Positions 28,307 to 37,632 are shown, counted from the first letter of the stretch. The stretch: 47,257 bases of DNA from Acetobacteraceae bacterium (GCA_030037665.1 JASHQG010000152.1:1-47257), one strand, 5' to 3'. Translations and numbers: made by a program. Notes: generated from the sequence alone by a model not told the origin.

Positions 28307-28822
28307 TCATCCTTTCCTTGGCGCGGTTGGCCATATCCGATCCTCCGGTGGCAGGCGATCCCGATCGTCGGTCAATAGCAGGACCTGTTCGGCGACCTCC
28401 CGCGCCGCATCTCTGACCTCGCGCGACAATTCGTCGCCCGGCGCGAACCGCTTTACTTCGACCGCATAGATCACGCAGAACGGCGGTAGGCATCCCAGTG
28501 TCCTCGCAAGCGCGATCGCCTCCGCGACCCCGAGCCCGTGCGATGAGGCGACACTCCCCGCCGGCACGACTTCGCCCGCCACACAATCCACCCGATGAAT
28601 CGTACCAGCAGGCGCGCCAGACACCGCACCATCGACCAGGATCACGCGGTCCACGCCTGCAATCCGGTCGAGCACCTCCGCAGCACCGCCGTCACATTCT
28701 GCAACCAGCACATCCTCCGGCAAGCGCCCATAGAGCAACCGGGCGACCAGCCGTCCGACGCCGTCATCGCCGCGGTCCGGGTTACCGACGCACAGCACCA
28801 GCCGCCGCGGCAACTCAGTCAC
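28307..28822 (-). CDS. [NiFe]-hydrogenase maturation endopeptidase (HyaD/HoxW/FrhD family)
   Basis: LVLCVGNPDRGDDGVGRLVA..., ILVDGA and SSHGLGV motifs. Overlaps the large-subunit gene by 8 nt. Confidence 0.85.
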   Translation of the reverse strand: MTELPRRLVLCVGNPDRGDDGVGRLVARLLYGRLPEDVLVAECDGGAAEVLDRIAGVDRVILVDGAVSGAPAGTIHRVDCVAGEVVPAGSVASSHGLGVAEAIALARTLGCLPPFCVIYAVEVKRFAPGDELSREVRDAAREVAEQVLLLTDDRDRLPPEDRIWPTAPRKG

Positions 28823-30104
28823 GCACCATGTCGAGCTTCAGGAAATGCGTCGCGCAGGAGATGCACGGATCGTGGTTGCGTACTGCCTGCTCGCAGAGAT
28901 GCCGGAGGCGGTCATCCGGTTCGTTGAGCCAACCGGCGGCGAATGTGCGCAGGTCATCCTCGATGCTCGGTTGATTCTGCGAGGTCGGAGGCACGATCTT
29001 CGCCTCCAGGATCGATCCGTCCGCATCCACCCGGTAGCGATGATACAGCATGCCGCGCGGTGCTTCTGTCGCAGCCCAGCCAATGCCCGCACGCGGCGGC
29101 GTCTCGACAAACGAATGATCCGGCTCCTCATACGCATTGATGATACGCAGTGCCTCATCGAACGCGTACACGACTTCCACCGCACGGACGACGATGCTGC
29201 GAAACGGATTGTTGCAGGTCGGGCCGAGCCCCGCAGCCTTCGCGGACTGCTTCGCCAGTGGCGAGAGGTGTTCATAATTCAGACTGTAGCGCGCGATCGC
29301 CCCCGTCAGGTACGCCCCGTGCCCAATACGGCGGGAATGCAGAGCGTTGGATCGCTTGACGTGATACTCCTCGAAATTCGCCTCGTATTGCTCCGGGGTG
29401 ATGTCGATGCCCTTGTTCGACACCACGCGCCCTTCATTGAACGGATATTCGCCCGCGCCGCCGAGCGAGACGAATTCGTAATCCCGCGTACAATCGGGGA
29501 AATCGAACCCTGCCATCAGCTTAACGGTCGCGAGCGCCGCGTCCCTCCCGCGCGACAGGCCATCGCCCAGCTCGCGTAATTCGCGCTTCGACGGCGCCCG
29601 GTAGAATCCGCCGACACGCACGTTGACCGGATGAATCTCCCTTCCGCCCAGCACATGCAGGATCTTATTGCCGAGCTTCTTCAAGGCGAGCCCGTTTCGA
29701 ACCAGGTCGGGATGGTCTTTCGCCATCTCCACCGCGCCGTCATAGCCGAGAAAATCCGGCGCGTGCAGCATGTACATGTGCAGCACGTGGCTCTCAATCC
29801 ACTCGCCGCAATAGAGAAGCCGGCGAAGCGCGCGGATTTCCGGCGTGATCGTCACGCCAAGCGCGACCTCCAACGCGTGCACCGAACTCATCTGATAGGC
29901 AACCGGGCAAATGCCGCAAATGCGCGCGGTGATGTCCGGCACCTCCATGAACGAACGTCCACGCAGAAACGCTTCGAAAAACCGGGGCGGTTCGAAGATG
30001 CGCAATTCGGCGTCGCGCACGCGCCCCTGATCGATCACGAGCCGAAGACCGCCCTCGCCCTCGACGCGGGCGAGCACGTCAACCCTGATCGGCCTACGCG
30101 CCAT
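28815..30104 (-). CDS. hyhL: [NiFe]-hydrogenase large (alpha) subunit, group 3b-like
   Basis: N-terminal [11 protein letters not shown] and [10 protein letters not shown]. The C-terminal nickel motif DPCISCATH is followed by a 9-aa extension (FLKLDMVRD) of the kind removed by the endopeptidase. Start at ATG 30104 overlaps the small-subunit stop by 11 nt. Confidence 0.9.
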
Positions 30105-30867
30105 GACGCGAGCTTTCTTCGTTGAACGCCCCAATGCCGGCGTTGAACGTACGATAGACGCGCTGCAAATCGCGCCGATCCGCGCCATGCTCTGCAAGTT
30201 TGCGGCTCAGCGAGACGGTATTAGGTGTTTCCTTCGGTCCATAGCATCCGTAGCAGCCACGGTTGTACGAAGGACAGATTGCGCCGCAACCGGCATGCGT
30301 CACCGGTCCCAGGCAGGATTGCGCACCCCGTACCAGAACGCACACCGTGCCGCGCGCCTTGCATTCCATGCAGACGCTGTGCGGCGGGATGTTCGGTTTG
30401 CGACGATTGAGGTTCGCGGCAAGCACTTCCACCAACTGGTGCTTGTTGATCGGGCAGCCGTGCAGCTCGAAATCCACGTTGACATGTGCGCTGATTGGCG
30501 TGGAGGTGGCAAGTGTGTCGATATACTCAGGATGCGCGTAGACGATATTTGTGAACTCGCGTACATCGCGGAAATTGCGTAGCGCCTGGATCCCACCGGC
30601 GGTGGCACAGGCGCCGATGGTGATCAGCATACGTGACTGGCGACGCACCTGGTGGAGGCGTTCGGCGTCGTGCGGCGTGGTAACCGATCCTTCCACCAGA
30701 GACACGTCGTATGGGCCTTTCATCACGCCGCGTGTCGCTTCCGGAAAATAGGCGATGTCGATCGCGTCGGCGACGGCGAGAAGCTCGTCTTCGCAGTCGA
30801 GCAGGGAAAGCTGGCAGCCGTCGCAGGAAGCGAATTTCCAGACGGCGATCTTGGGTTTGCGGGTCAT
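30094..30867 (-). CDS. hyhS: [NiFe]-hydrogenase small (delta) subunit, NuoB/20-kDa-like
   Basis: [24 protein letters not shown]..., GACATAGG, and Cys clusters for the medial and distal FeS ([27 protein letters not shown]). SD GGAGGG upstream. Confidence 0.9.
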
Positions 30868-30985
30868 GACGCCCCACCCTCCTTCTCCCTTGATACAAAA
30901 CGCAGGGGGTGCACAGCCTGCCGGCCAGCAGCGATTCGCGCTTCCAACCCCGTATCAGTGGGAGCAGTGAAATATACCTTGCGCA

Positions 30986-31843
30986 TCATATTTCCCGCAT
31001 TGCCATCAGCCGCCGAACGCGGTCGTAGCGCACCACCGCACCGTCCTTGCACGCGAACAAGCCAGAGAACTGGCAGTGACCGCAGAGCCCGATGGCGCAT
31101 TTCATATTCCGCTCGATCGACAACCAGATCGACTGTTCCGACAGCCCGAGATCGTGTAGCCCTGCGGCGGCAAAGCGCATCATGACTTCCGGTCCGCATA
31201 CCAGCGCCGTGGCATTCGCCAAATCAACCGAAATGCGCGGGATCAACTTCGTCACGACGCCGACATGGCCGCGCCAGTCCGTCTCGGCATGATCCACGGT
31301 CACTTCAAGCTGAAGATCCAGCCGCTTGCGCCAGGTCTCAATCTGCCGTCGATAAAGAATCTCCTCCGGTCGGCGCGTGCCATACAGCAGCACGACCTTG
31401 CCGAACTGGCCGCGCCGGTTCAGGAGGTGATAGATGGACGGGCGCAGCGGCGCCAAACCCAGACCGCCGGCGATCACCACCACGTCACGTCCTGCCAGTT
31501 CGTCGGTCGGCCACGCGGTGCCGAACGGACCGCGCAGTCCCAGCATGTCGCCGCGATTCAGCTGCGTCACCGCCTCGCTGACCGCGCCGACCGAGCGCAC
31601 CGTCTGCACCAGCTTGCTGCCATCACTCGCGTCGCCGCTTATGCTGACGGGAATTTCGCCCACGCCAAACACATAGAGCATCGTAAACTGGCCGGGCGCA
31701 TACCGCGGCAGCGGTGCGCCATCCGTGGATACGAGCTCCAGTGTCGCGTGCCCGGGCAGGTCGCGCGTACGCTTCTGCACGCGCATGATGCGCGGCACCA
31801 TCGGATCCACCGCGGCCGCTGTGGCTTCAGCGACGCTGGCCAT
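30986..31843 (-). CDS. hyhG: Hydrogenase gamma subunit: FAD/NAD(P)-binding oxidoreductase with C-terminal 2Fe-2S (AsrB/PyrK-like)
   Basis: GQFTMLYVFGVGEIPVSIS (FAD), VVIAGGLGLAPL (NAD(P)) and MKCAIGLCGHCQ (2Fe-2S). Alternative start at ATG 31801, preceded by GGTGGA. Confidence 0.85.
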   Translation of the reverse strand: MASVAEATAAAVDPMVPRIMRVQKRTRDLPGHATLELVSTDGAPLPRYAPGQFTMLYVFGVGEIPVSISGDASDGSKLVQTVRSVGAVSEAVTQLNRGDMLGLRGPFGTAWPTDELAGRDVVVIAGGLGLAPLRPSIYHLLNRRGQFGKVVLLYGTRRPEEILYRRQIETWRKRLDLQLEVTVDHAETDWRGHVGVVTKLIPRISVDLANATALVCGPEVMMRFAAAGLHDLGLSEQSIWLSIERNMKCAIGLCGHCQFSGLFACKDGAVVRYDRVRRLMAMREI

Positions 31844-32288
31844 AGACGTCCAGCATCTGAAGCCGCGTTGCCTGCAAGCGTTGCACTAACACCGGGAGGA
31901 AACGCTTGAGGATCTCGTAGCCCATGTCGTGGTCCTCCTCGCACTTGTCGCGCAGACAACGCGCATCCAACGCGATCGCGCGTGTCAGTTCTGCCGCCCG
32001 CGCGTCATAGCCCCAGCGATATGGCGGCAGCAGCCAGCTCAGACCGACGACCTCGCCCTCGCCCAACGTCTCAAACACCACTGCGCGGTGGCCGGGAGTG
32101 ACCACTTCGAGTGCGACGCGACCATGTCGCAGCAAATAGATCCAGTCGGCCTCATCTTCAGCGTGGAACAAATATTCGTCCGGCCGGAACACTGCGTTTT
32201 TCGCACATCCGGCGGCGAGTTCGATGAACGACCGTCCGAGGTCATGGAACAACCGATGTTCGGCCAGGATACGCTCAAGACCCTCCAT
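31827..32288 (-). CDS. Stand-alone cyclic-nucleotide-binding-domain protein (153 aa, no HTH)
   Basis: [50 protein letters not shown]...[12 protein letters not shown]... is a cNMP-type beta-barrel followed by a single C-helix. Its ATG lies 14 nt inside the 3' end of hyhB, and its stop lies inside the annotated 5' end of hyhG. Confidence 0.8.
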
Positions 32289-33408
32289 CAGTGCCTCCCG
32301 GCGCGTCGCCACGGATGGCGCGCACCTCTTCGGTGATGTCGATGCCAACCGGGCACCAGGTGATGCAGCGGCCGCAGCCGACGCAGCCCGACGTGCCGAA
32401 CTGGTCAACCCAGGTCGCCAGCTTGTGCGTCATCCACTGCCGGTAGCGCGAACGCGACGACGACCGCACGCTGCCGCCGTGGATGTAGGAAAAATCCATG
32501 GTGAAGCAGGAATCCCACCGCTTCGTCCGTTCCGTCGCTCCGGTAAGGTCGTTGGCGTCGGATACGCTGGTGCAGAAACAGGTTGGACAGACCTGCGTAC
32601 AATTGCCACAGGTCAGGCACCGCGCCGCGACATGGTCCCACCGCTTGTGCTCGAGGTTAGCCAGCAGCAGGTCGTGCAGATCGTCGGACCGCATGTCACG
32701 CCCCATACTGGCCGCGGTCTGCGCGCTGATCTGTGCCGCCCGATCATGGTCGCGCTGTTCAGCTGGGCGATGCGGCAGACGCGCCAGCAGAGCGGCGCCG
32801 CGATCCGTGGCGGGCTCCAGCAGGAATTCGTGCGGGTCACCGACGAATTCGGTCAGCGCAATGTCGTAGCCGGACGCGGCGCGCGGGCCGGTGTTCATCG
32901 ACACGCAGAAGCACGTCCCGCCAGCCTCGGCGCAGTTCACCGCGACAACGAAGACGCTGTCGCGCCGGGCTTTATAGCCGTGGTCGACAAACGGACCTTG
33001 CAGGAACACGCGGTCCTGGATTGCGATGGCATGCAGCTCGCACGACCGCACGGCCAGGAACGCGAGCCGCTCCGTGCTCTCGGGCGGAGTGGTGACGTGA
33101 ATTGCGCCACGCCCGTCATGCTCTGCGCGCCAAAGAAGTTGCAACGGCGGATGCAGGAAGCGCTTCCATGCATGCGGCCCGACCGCATAGCCGAACAATG
33201 CAGCGTCATCGCGCCGCGCCACGCGGTAGTGGCCGCCATCCTGTTGGTCGGTCCAGCCGGCTGGAAGGTCGTCCGCCGAGTCTACGTCATCATAGACGAT
33301 CGCCTCGTCGCGCAGCCTCGGACCGAGGACACGGAATCCATCGCCTCGCAGTGCAGCGATCAATGCTTCCAGCCCGTCCCGGGTGATCACGCCCGGCTGC
33401 TGTTCCAT
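32275..33408 (-). CDS. hyhB: Hydrogenase beta subunit: 4Fe-4S dicluster protein (AsrA/HydB-like)
   Basis: [16 protein letters not shown] and [15 protein letters not shown]. Start set at ATG 33408 ([12 protein letters not shown]...), preceded by GGACAGAGG. The 120 upstream codons of the track ORF are Arg/Cys/Trp-rich and not protein-like. Confidence 0.8.
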
Positions 33409-33754
33409 GCCTCTGTCCTTGCTCGGAGCAACCATTCTACAATGCAGAGTTGTTTCAGGGAAGTTATCCGTCCGCGAAAGTTGAACACCGAAACGGTTTT
33501 CGTGCAGGCGGGCCCCGGGGCACAACGGCAACGACCTTTGTCGGGAACACGCAGTGCCGCGGTGCCGGCGCGCGCGCGATTTCCATACCGACCGGGGTCC
33601 TGCCGCGTCGCACGGCCAGTACCACCGGCCGCAGCCGCGATAAGAAGAGCACCGATTCGACACGTCACCGCGCTGCCTCGTGACAGTCCACAAACCACAT
33701 GGGTCCTCTCCCGATCGTAGGCAGGGAGGGGGCGGCAATCGGGGGCCGAGGGCA

Positions 33755-33768
33755 CTGATCCAGATCAA
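33755..33768. promoter_or_regulatory. FNR/FixK/CRP-type palindrome, TTGAT-CTGG-ATCAG on the hydrogenase coding strand
   Basis: Matches 9 of the 10 defined positions of TTGAT-N4-ATCAA. It lies in the 467-bp region upstream of hyhB, with its centre about 353 nt from the ATG. No convincing -10 element is seen at the expected spacing. Confidence 0.3.
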
Positions 33769-33875
33769 TCAGGACGACGGATTCGGGTTCCTCAACCCGT
33801 ACGCTTGGCGCCGCTACCACCGGGTCGCAGCCTTGGGGAAGGCCTCTTGCGCGACGCGAGACAAACTTTTTTTGC

Positions 33876-34731
33876 TCAGCCGTTGACCTGGCGCATCAGC
33901 GTCACGAGGGCGTCGACCACCGGCAGGACCGTGTCCGGCTTTTCTGATTCCAGGTTGAACACCACCCGCGAAACGCCGAGGTCCTCGTAACGCTTCACGA
34001 GGTCCGCATCGCGCTTGGAGAACCAGACGGTGATGTCGATCGAATTCGGATCGCGCCCGGCTTCCGCGGCCATCTCACGAAACTTCGGGATCATGTCGGC
34101 AATCTCGCTGTAGCCGCCCCGCGCGGCCTGGGGAATCCAGCCCTCACCGTAGCGGATGGCGCGCCGTGCGGAATAGGGGAACGCGCCGCCGACAATCAGG
34201 GGCGGATGCGGCTTCTGCACTGGCTTCGGCCAGGTCATCATCGCATCGAACTTGACGAACTCGCCTTGGTACTCGGCCGTCGGCTGGGTCCAGATCGCTT
34301 TCATCGCCTCAACTCGTTCGCCGGTGAGCTTATGCCGACTGGCGAAGACAGTGCCGTGGTTCTCCATCTCGTCCTGGTTCCAGCCATTACCGATACCAAA
34401 CAGGAACCGGCCGTGGGAAACGTTGTCGATGGAGGCGACGAGTTTCGCCGTCTGGATCGGATCGCGCTGCGCCACCAGGCAAACGCCGTGCCGATTTTCA
34501 GCTGCTTCGTCGCCATCGCTGCAGCGGTCGCAGTAACAAACGGATCCATCGCGTCGTAGTACTTCTTTGGCAGGTCGCCGCCCCGGGAAATGGCGTCTTG
34601 CGGCTGAGCGGTATGTGCGAGTGCTCCGGCGCCCAGACAGACTCGAAGCCGCGTGCCTCCAGTGCCTGGCCGAGATCGCCGGGCGTCATAGAATAGTCGG
34701 TGAAAAACATCGATGCGCCGAATGCGAGCAT
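33876..34731 (-). pseudogene. Luciferase-like monooxygenase (LLM) family oxidoreductase disrupted by two 1-nt deletions
   Basis: Three frames join into one typical ~285-aa LLM protein:
- MLAFGASMFFTDYSMTPGDLGQALEARGFESVWAPEHSHIPLSRKTPFPG
- GDLPKKYYDAMDPFVTATAAAMATKQLKIGT
- (G)VCLVAQRDPIQTAKLVASIDNVSHGRFLFGIGNGWNQ...

The shifts are at the C4 run at 34581-34584 and near 34485-34488. SD GGAGGG before the ATG at 34731. Confidence 0.75.
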
Positions 34732-35083
34732 CAGGTGTCCCTCCAATCGGGTGAGGCAGGGAGGATACGAGACGACGGATCCGGTGCGTCCAGCCGCGGC
34801 AACGGTCATTGCCGGATGCGGAGAGGTTTCCGGTCTTGACCCGCGAAAGCATTCTCCTGCCAGATCGAAAGCACAACGAGCGGATCGAGACGCACCGCAT
34901 GCACGGAAACGCTGATCGGCAGATTGCAGTGCTGCCTCGCTCGGCTTCGTCACGCGCCGTGGTGCAGCCGTTGATTCACCGGGTGGACGAACGGGCCACG
35001 AGCCACGACGATGCATATTCGTTGATCGCCATAATAGAGAGACGTGTGCGATCCTACGTCTCGTCACGAACTCCGAGCCCGTT

Positions 35084-35773
35084 GTGAACTCCATGTTGAA
35101 CAGAGGTGCCGCGGACCATACGAACAAGGCCGAGTCTGGCGCAGCGGAATTCGTGCAAGAACACACGATCCTCGGCTGGCCGCCTCTCGTGCCAGAAATC
35201 GTTCTGCACCTTGCCACCGAAATAACCCCGATCTGGCAGGCCACCGAGGATTGGCTCGCGGCACGCAACGTCGCGCCGCCGTTCTGGGCGTTCGCCTGGC
35301 CGGGTGGACAGGCTCTTGCACGGCACGTGCTGGACCATCCCGCATCGGTCGCCGGGCGGCGCGTGCTCGACTTCGCCGCGGGTAGCGGCATCGCTGCCAT
35401 CGCGTGCGCGCGCGCCGGTGCCGCCGCAGTCGACGCGACAGAGATCGACCCGCTGGCGCTCGCCGTCATCCGTCTCAACGCCAGCGCCAACGGTGTCAGC
35501 GTCAACGCTGACACCGCGGACGTGGTCGGCGCGGCATGCCGTTGGGATCTGATCCTCTGCGGCGACGTCTGCTACGAGGCGCCAATGACGGCGCGCATCC
35601 TGCCCTGGCTGCGCCGTATGGCCTGTTCCGCCCAGGTTTGGGTGGCCGATCCCGGACGCGCCTACCTGCCGCGCGATGGCCTCGAAGCTTTCGCGTCGTA
35701 TCGCGTGCCGACCACACTGGAACTGGAAGACCGTACCGAACGCGACGTGACGCTCTATCGCCTGTCGCCGTGA
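35084..35773 (+). CDS. Class I SAM-dependent methyltransferase (PrmA/nicotinamide-N-methylase-like)
   Basis: SAM motif I VLDFAAGSGIAAIACARAGA, plus DLILCGDVCYE. The start (GTG 35084 or ATG 35093) is uncertain. Confidence 0.75.
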   Translation: MNSMLNRGAADHTNKAESGAAEFVQEHTILGWPPLVPEIVLHLATEITPIWQATEDWLAARNVAPPFWAFAWPGGQALARHVLDHPASVAGRRVLDFAAGSGIAAIACARAGAAAVDATEIDPLALAVIRLNASANGVSVNADTADVVGAACRWDLILCGDVCYEAPMTARILPWLRRMACSAQVWVADPGRAYLPRDGLEAFASYRVPTTLELEDRTERDVTLYRLSP

Positions 35774-37197
35774 TCGCCGTCCCCCGGTGACAGCGGGATG
35801 CCGTTAACCGTCAACACGTTGTTCCGCGCCTCGACGTCCCACACAAGGTGGTCCCCTTGTGATCGGGCGAAGCCGCGCATGACCGCAAGGAAGGGCAGAG
35901 AGCGCTGCAGCGACGGATTACTCGCCGACTGGGCCATCAGTGCATCGAACCCGGTCGCGGTGAGATGTGCCTCTGCCTGATAGCCGTCGTGGCCCGTCAG
36001 CGTCGCCTGCCCGTGGCCCGTCAGCGTTACCGGCCCCAAGCTCACGCTCAGCGATTCCAGGCCGATCGCCACACCGCGACGTGCCAGCAATGCCTGTGCA
36101 TCGGCCGCCACGCGATCGGGATCGGCTCCCGGCTCGGTCGCTTCCAGGATCAGGTTGGTCAGATCGGCCAGGCGCACGCCGGCGAGCGTCGGACTGAGTG
36201 CGACGTGCGTCGGTACAAGCGCCGCGGCATCCGACGGCAGGCCGCCGACCCGTAGTCCGTCGATGCCGATCTCGAGATGGCCTTGCACCAGACCGTCCGG
36301 TGCACGGAGATGGGCGGCGAAGTGGACCTGACGCGCGAACGCCTCGCCTCTGCCCTCGACTGCGATGTGCAGGCCGCCAATCGTCTCCTCGCCGCGTGCA
36401 TCGGTCTCAGGCCCCTGCAATGCGTCCATCCACGCGCTCAGTGCGGCACGCGGTGCAGGTGGCATGGGTGAGCCGCCCTGCCCTGCCACCACATCGGCGG
36501 GCAGCGTCACCAGCAGCCCGGCCACGGTCGCCAGCAGCGCATCGGCGCGATAATGATCGAGGCCCCCGATATGTCCGTTGGACTGCACGTGCTCCGCGCC
36601 GGCAGCGATGGCGGGTGCACCGTGCAGGCGCGACGCGCCGCGCCAACCGGTCAGCGTCGCCTGATGGTCGAACGCGAAATGGTGGCCGTCCGGCGACAGG
36701 CGCGCGTGCATCTCCAGATGATCGAGCTGCTCTTCCTGTCGCAGGCCCCTCCCGTGGCCCGTCAGGCTCAGCTCGTGCACATCGAGATCGAGGCTCGACG
36801 GCGACGCCAGAGACGGGTCGACACGGGCGCGCGAGTTCTGCGCGCCGGCCTTGAAGACGAAATCAGCAGTGCCCTCGCCGTCGGGCCGCGCGAACCGCAT
36901 CGACGGAATGCGAATGTCGTCGATCAGCCACCGGCCATCGGCACCGGGGCGGACTGCTGCCGTGGTTTCGGCGTCCCCTGTTCTGCGGTCCGCGATAGCC
37001 ACGCGGTCATGGTCACCCTCGCGCGTCACATGGATCCGCAGGCTCTCCGCGACGTGCGGCCCGAGACGATCGGCGAGCCAGTGTTTCAGTCCGATGCCCA
37101 GTTCCTCCGGCGCGGGAGGCGACGCCGGCTGCGCGGTGGCCGGGATGGGGGCAGTCAAAGCAAGGCAGAACGCCAGGCGCTGGGCGAATAGCAACAA
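35755..37197 (-). CDS. Secreted hypothetical protein (~480 aa)
   Basis: The long ORF has good composition in its C-terminal 480 aa. A probable signal peptide LLLFAQRLAFCLALTAPIPATAQP starts at TTG 37197, preceded by AGGAGCG. No family was recognised with confidence. Confidence 0.5.
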   Translation of the reverse strand: MLLFAQRLAFCLALTAPIPATAQPASPPAPEELGIGLKHWLADRLGPHVAESLRIHVTREGDHDRVAIADRRTGDAETTAAVRPGADGRWLIDDIRIPSMRFARPDGEGTADFVFKAGAQNSRARVDPSLASPSSLDLDVHELSLTGHGRGLRQEEQLDHLEMHARLSPDGHHFAFDHQATLTGWRGASRLHGAPAIAAGAEHVQSNGHIGGLDHYRADALLATVAGLLVTLPADVVAGQGGSPMPPAPRAALSAWMDALQGPETDARGEETIGGLHIAVEGRGEAFARQVHFAAHLRAPDGLVQGHLEIGIDGLRVGGLPSDAAALVPTHVALSPTLAGVRLADLTNLILEATEPGADPDRVAADAQALLARRGVAIGLESLSVSLGPVTLTGHGQATLTGHDGYQAEAHLTATGFDALMAQSASNPSLQRSLPFLAVMRGFARSQGDHLVWDVEARNNVLTVNGIPLSPGDGDHGDRR

Positions 37198-37632
37198 CGT
37201 CGCTCCTGTTCCTATGGTCTCCTGATCGCTGTCATTGCGAGAACCGGGCGACAAGGCAATCCCTCTCCGGAAACCTCGCTGCGCCGCCCCTTGTGGGGCT
37301 GGGCTGCGACGCGGACCAACCGCGGGGGCGGTCTCGAAGCGCCCGACCCCTTCCGCGCGGGCGACGGGAGCCGTCGCCCCGGCCGCCATGTCTCACGGAG
37401 CGCTCCGTCGACGGCGGCCATTGCCGCGTACACCATGATATCTGGCCCTGCTTGCGTCGGCGCTTGCGTCGGCGCGCTGTCCCGCCATACCCGGGCATGG
37501 CGCCAAAGAGTGACCGATCTCATGGGTCTGCCACAGACCAATCGCGACCCTGATCGCCCAAACAAGGACGGTCCGGTAAGACTCGCAATACGCTCTGGCT
37601 GCGTTGGCTCGGCGCTGGTTCCGCCGTTCGCC

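Noticed and set aside
33480-33560. Sigma-54 (TGGCAC-N5-TTGC) promoter upstream of the hydrogenase operon
   Set aside because: GTGCC motifs are present on the plus strand, but none has the required GCAA-N5 partner at the right spacing.
32224-33720. 498-aa plus-strand ORF
   Set aside because: It is antisense to hyhB and the cNMP gene, Arg-rich and featureless. The minus-strand genes have clear Fe-S and cNMP motifs.
33409-33768. 120-codon N-terminal extension of hyhB, and the 122-aa ORF at 33387-33755
   Set aside because: Both translations are Arg/Cys/Trp-rich and unlike proteins. hyhB homology and an SD begin at 33408.
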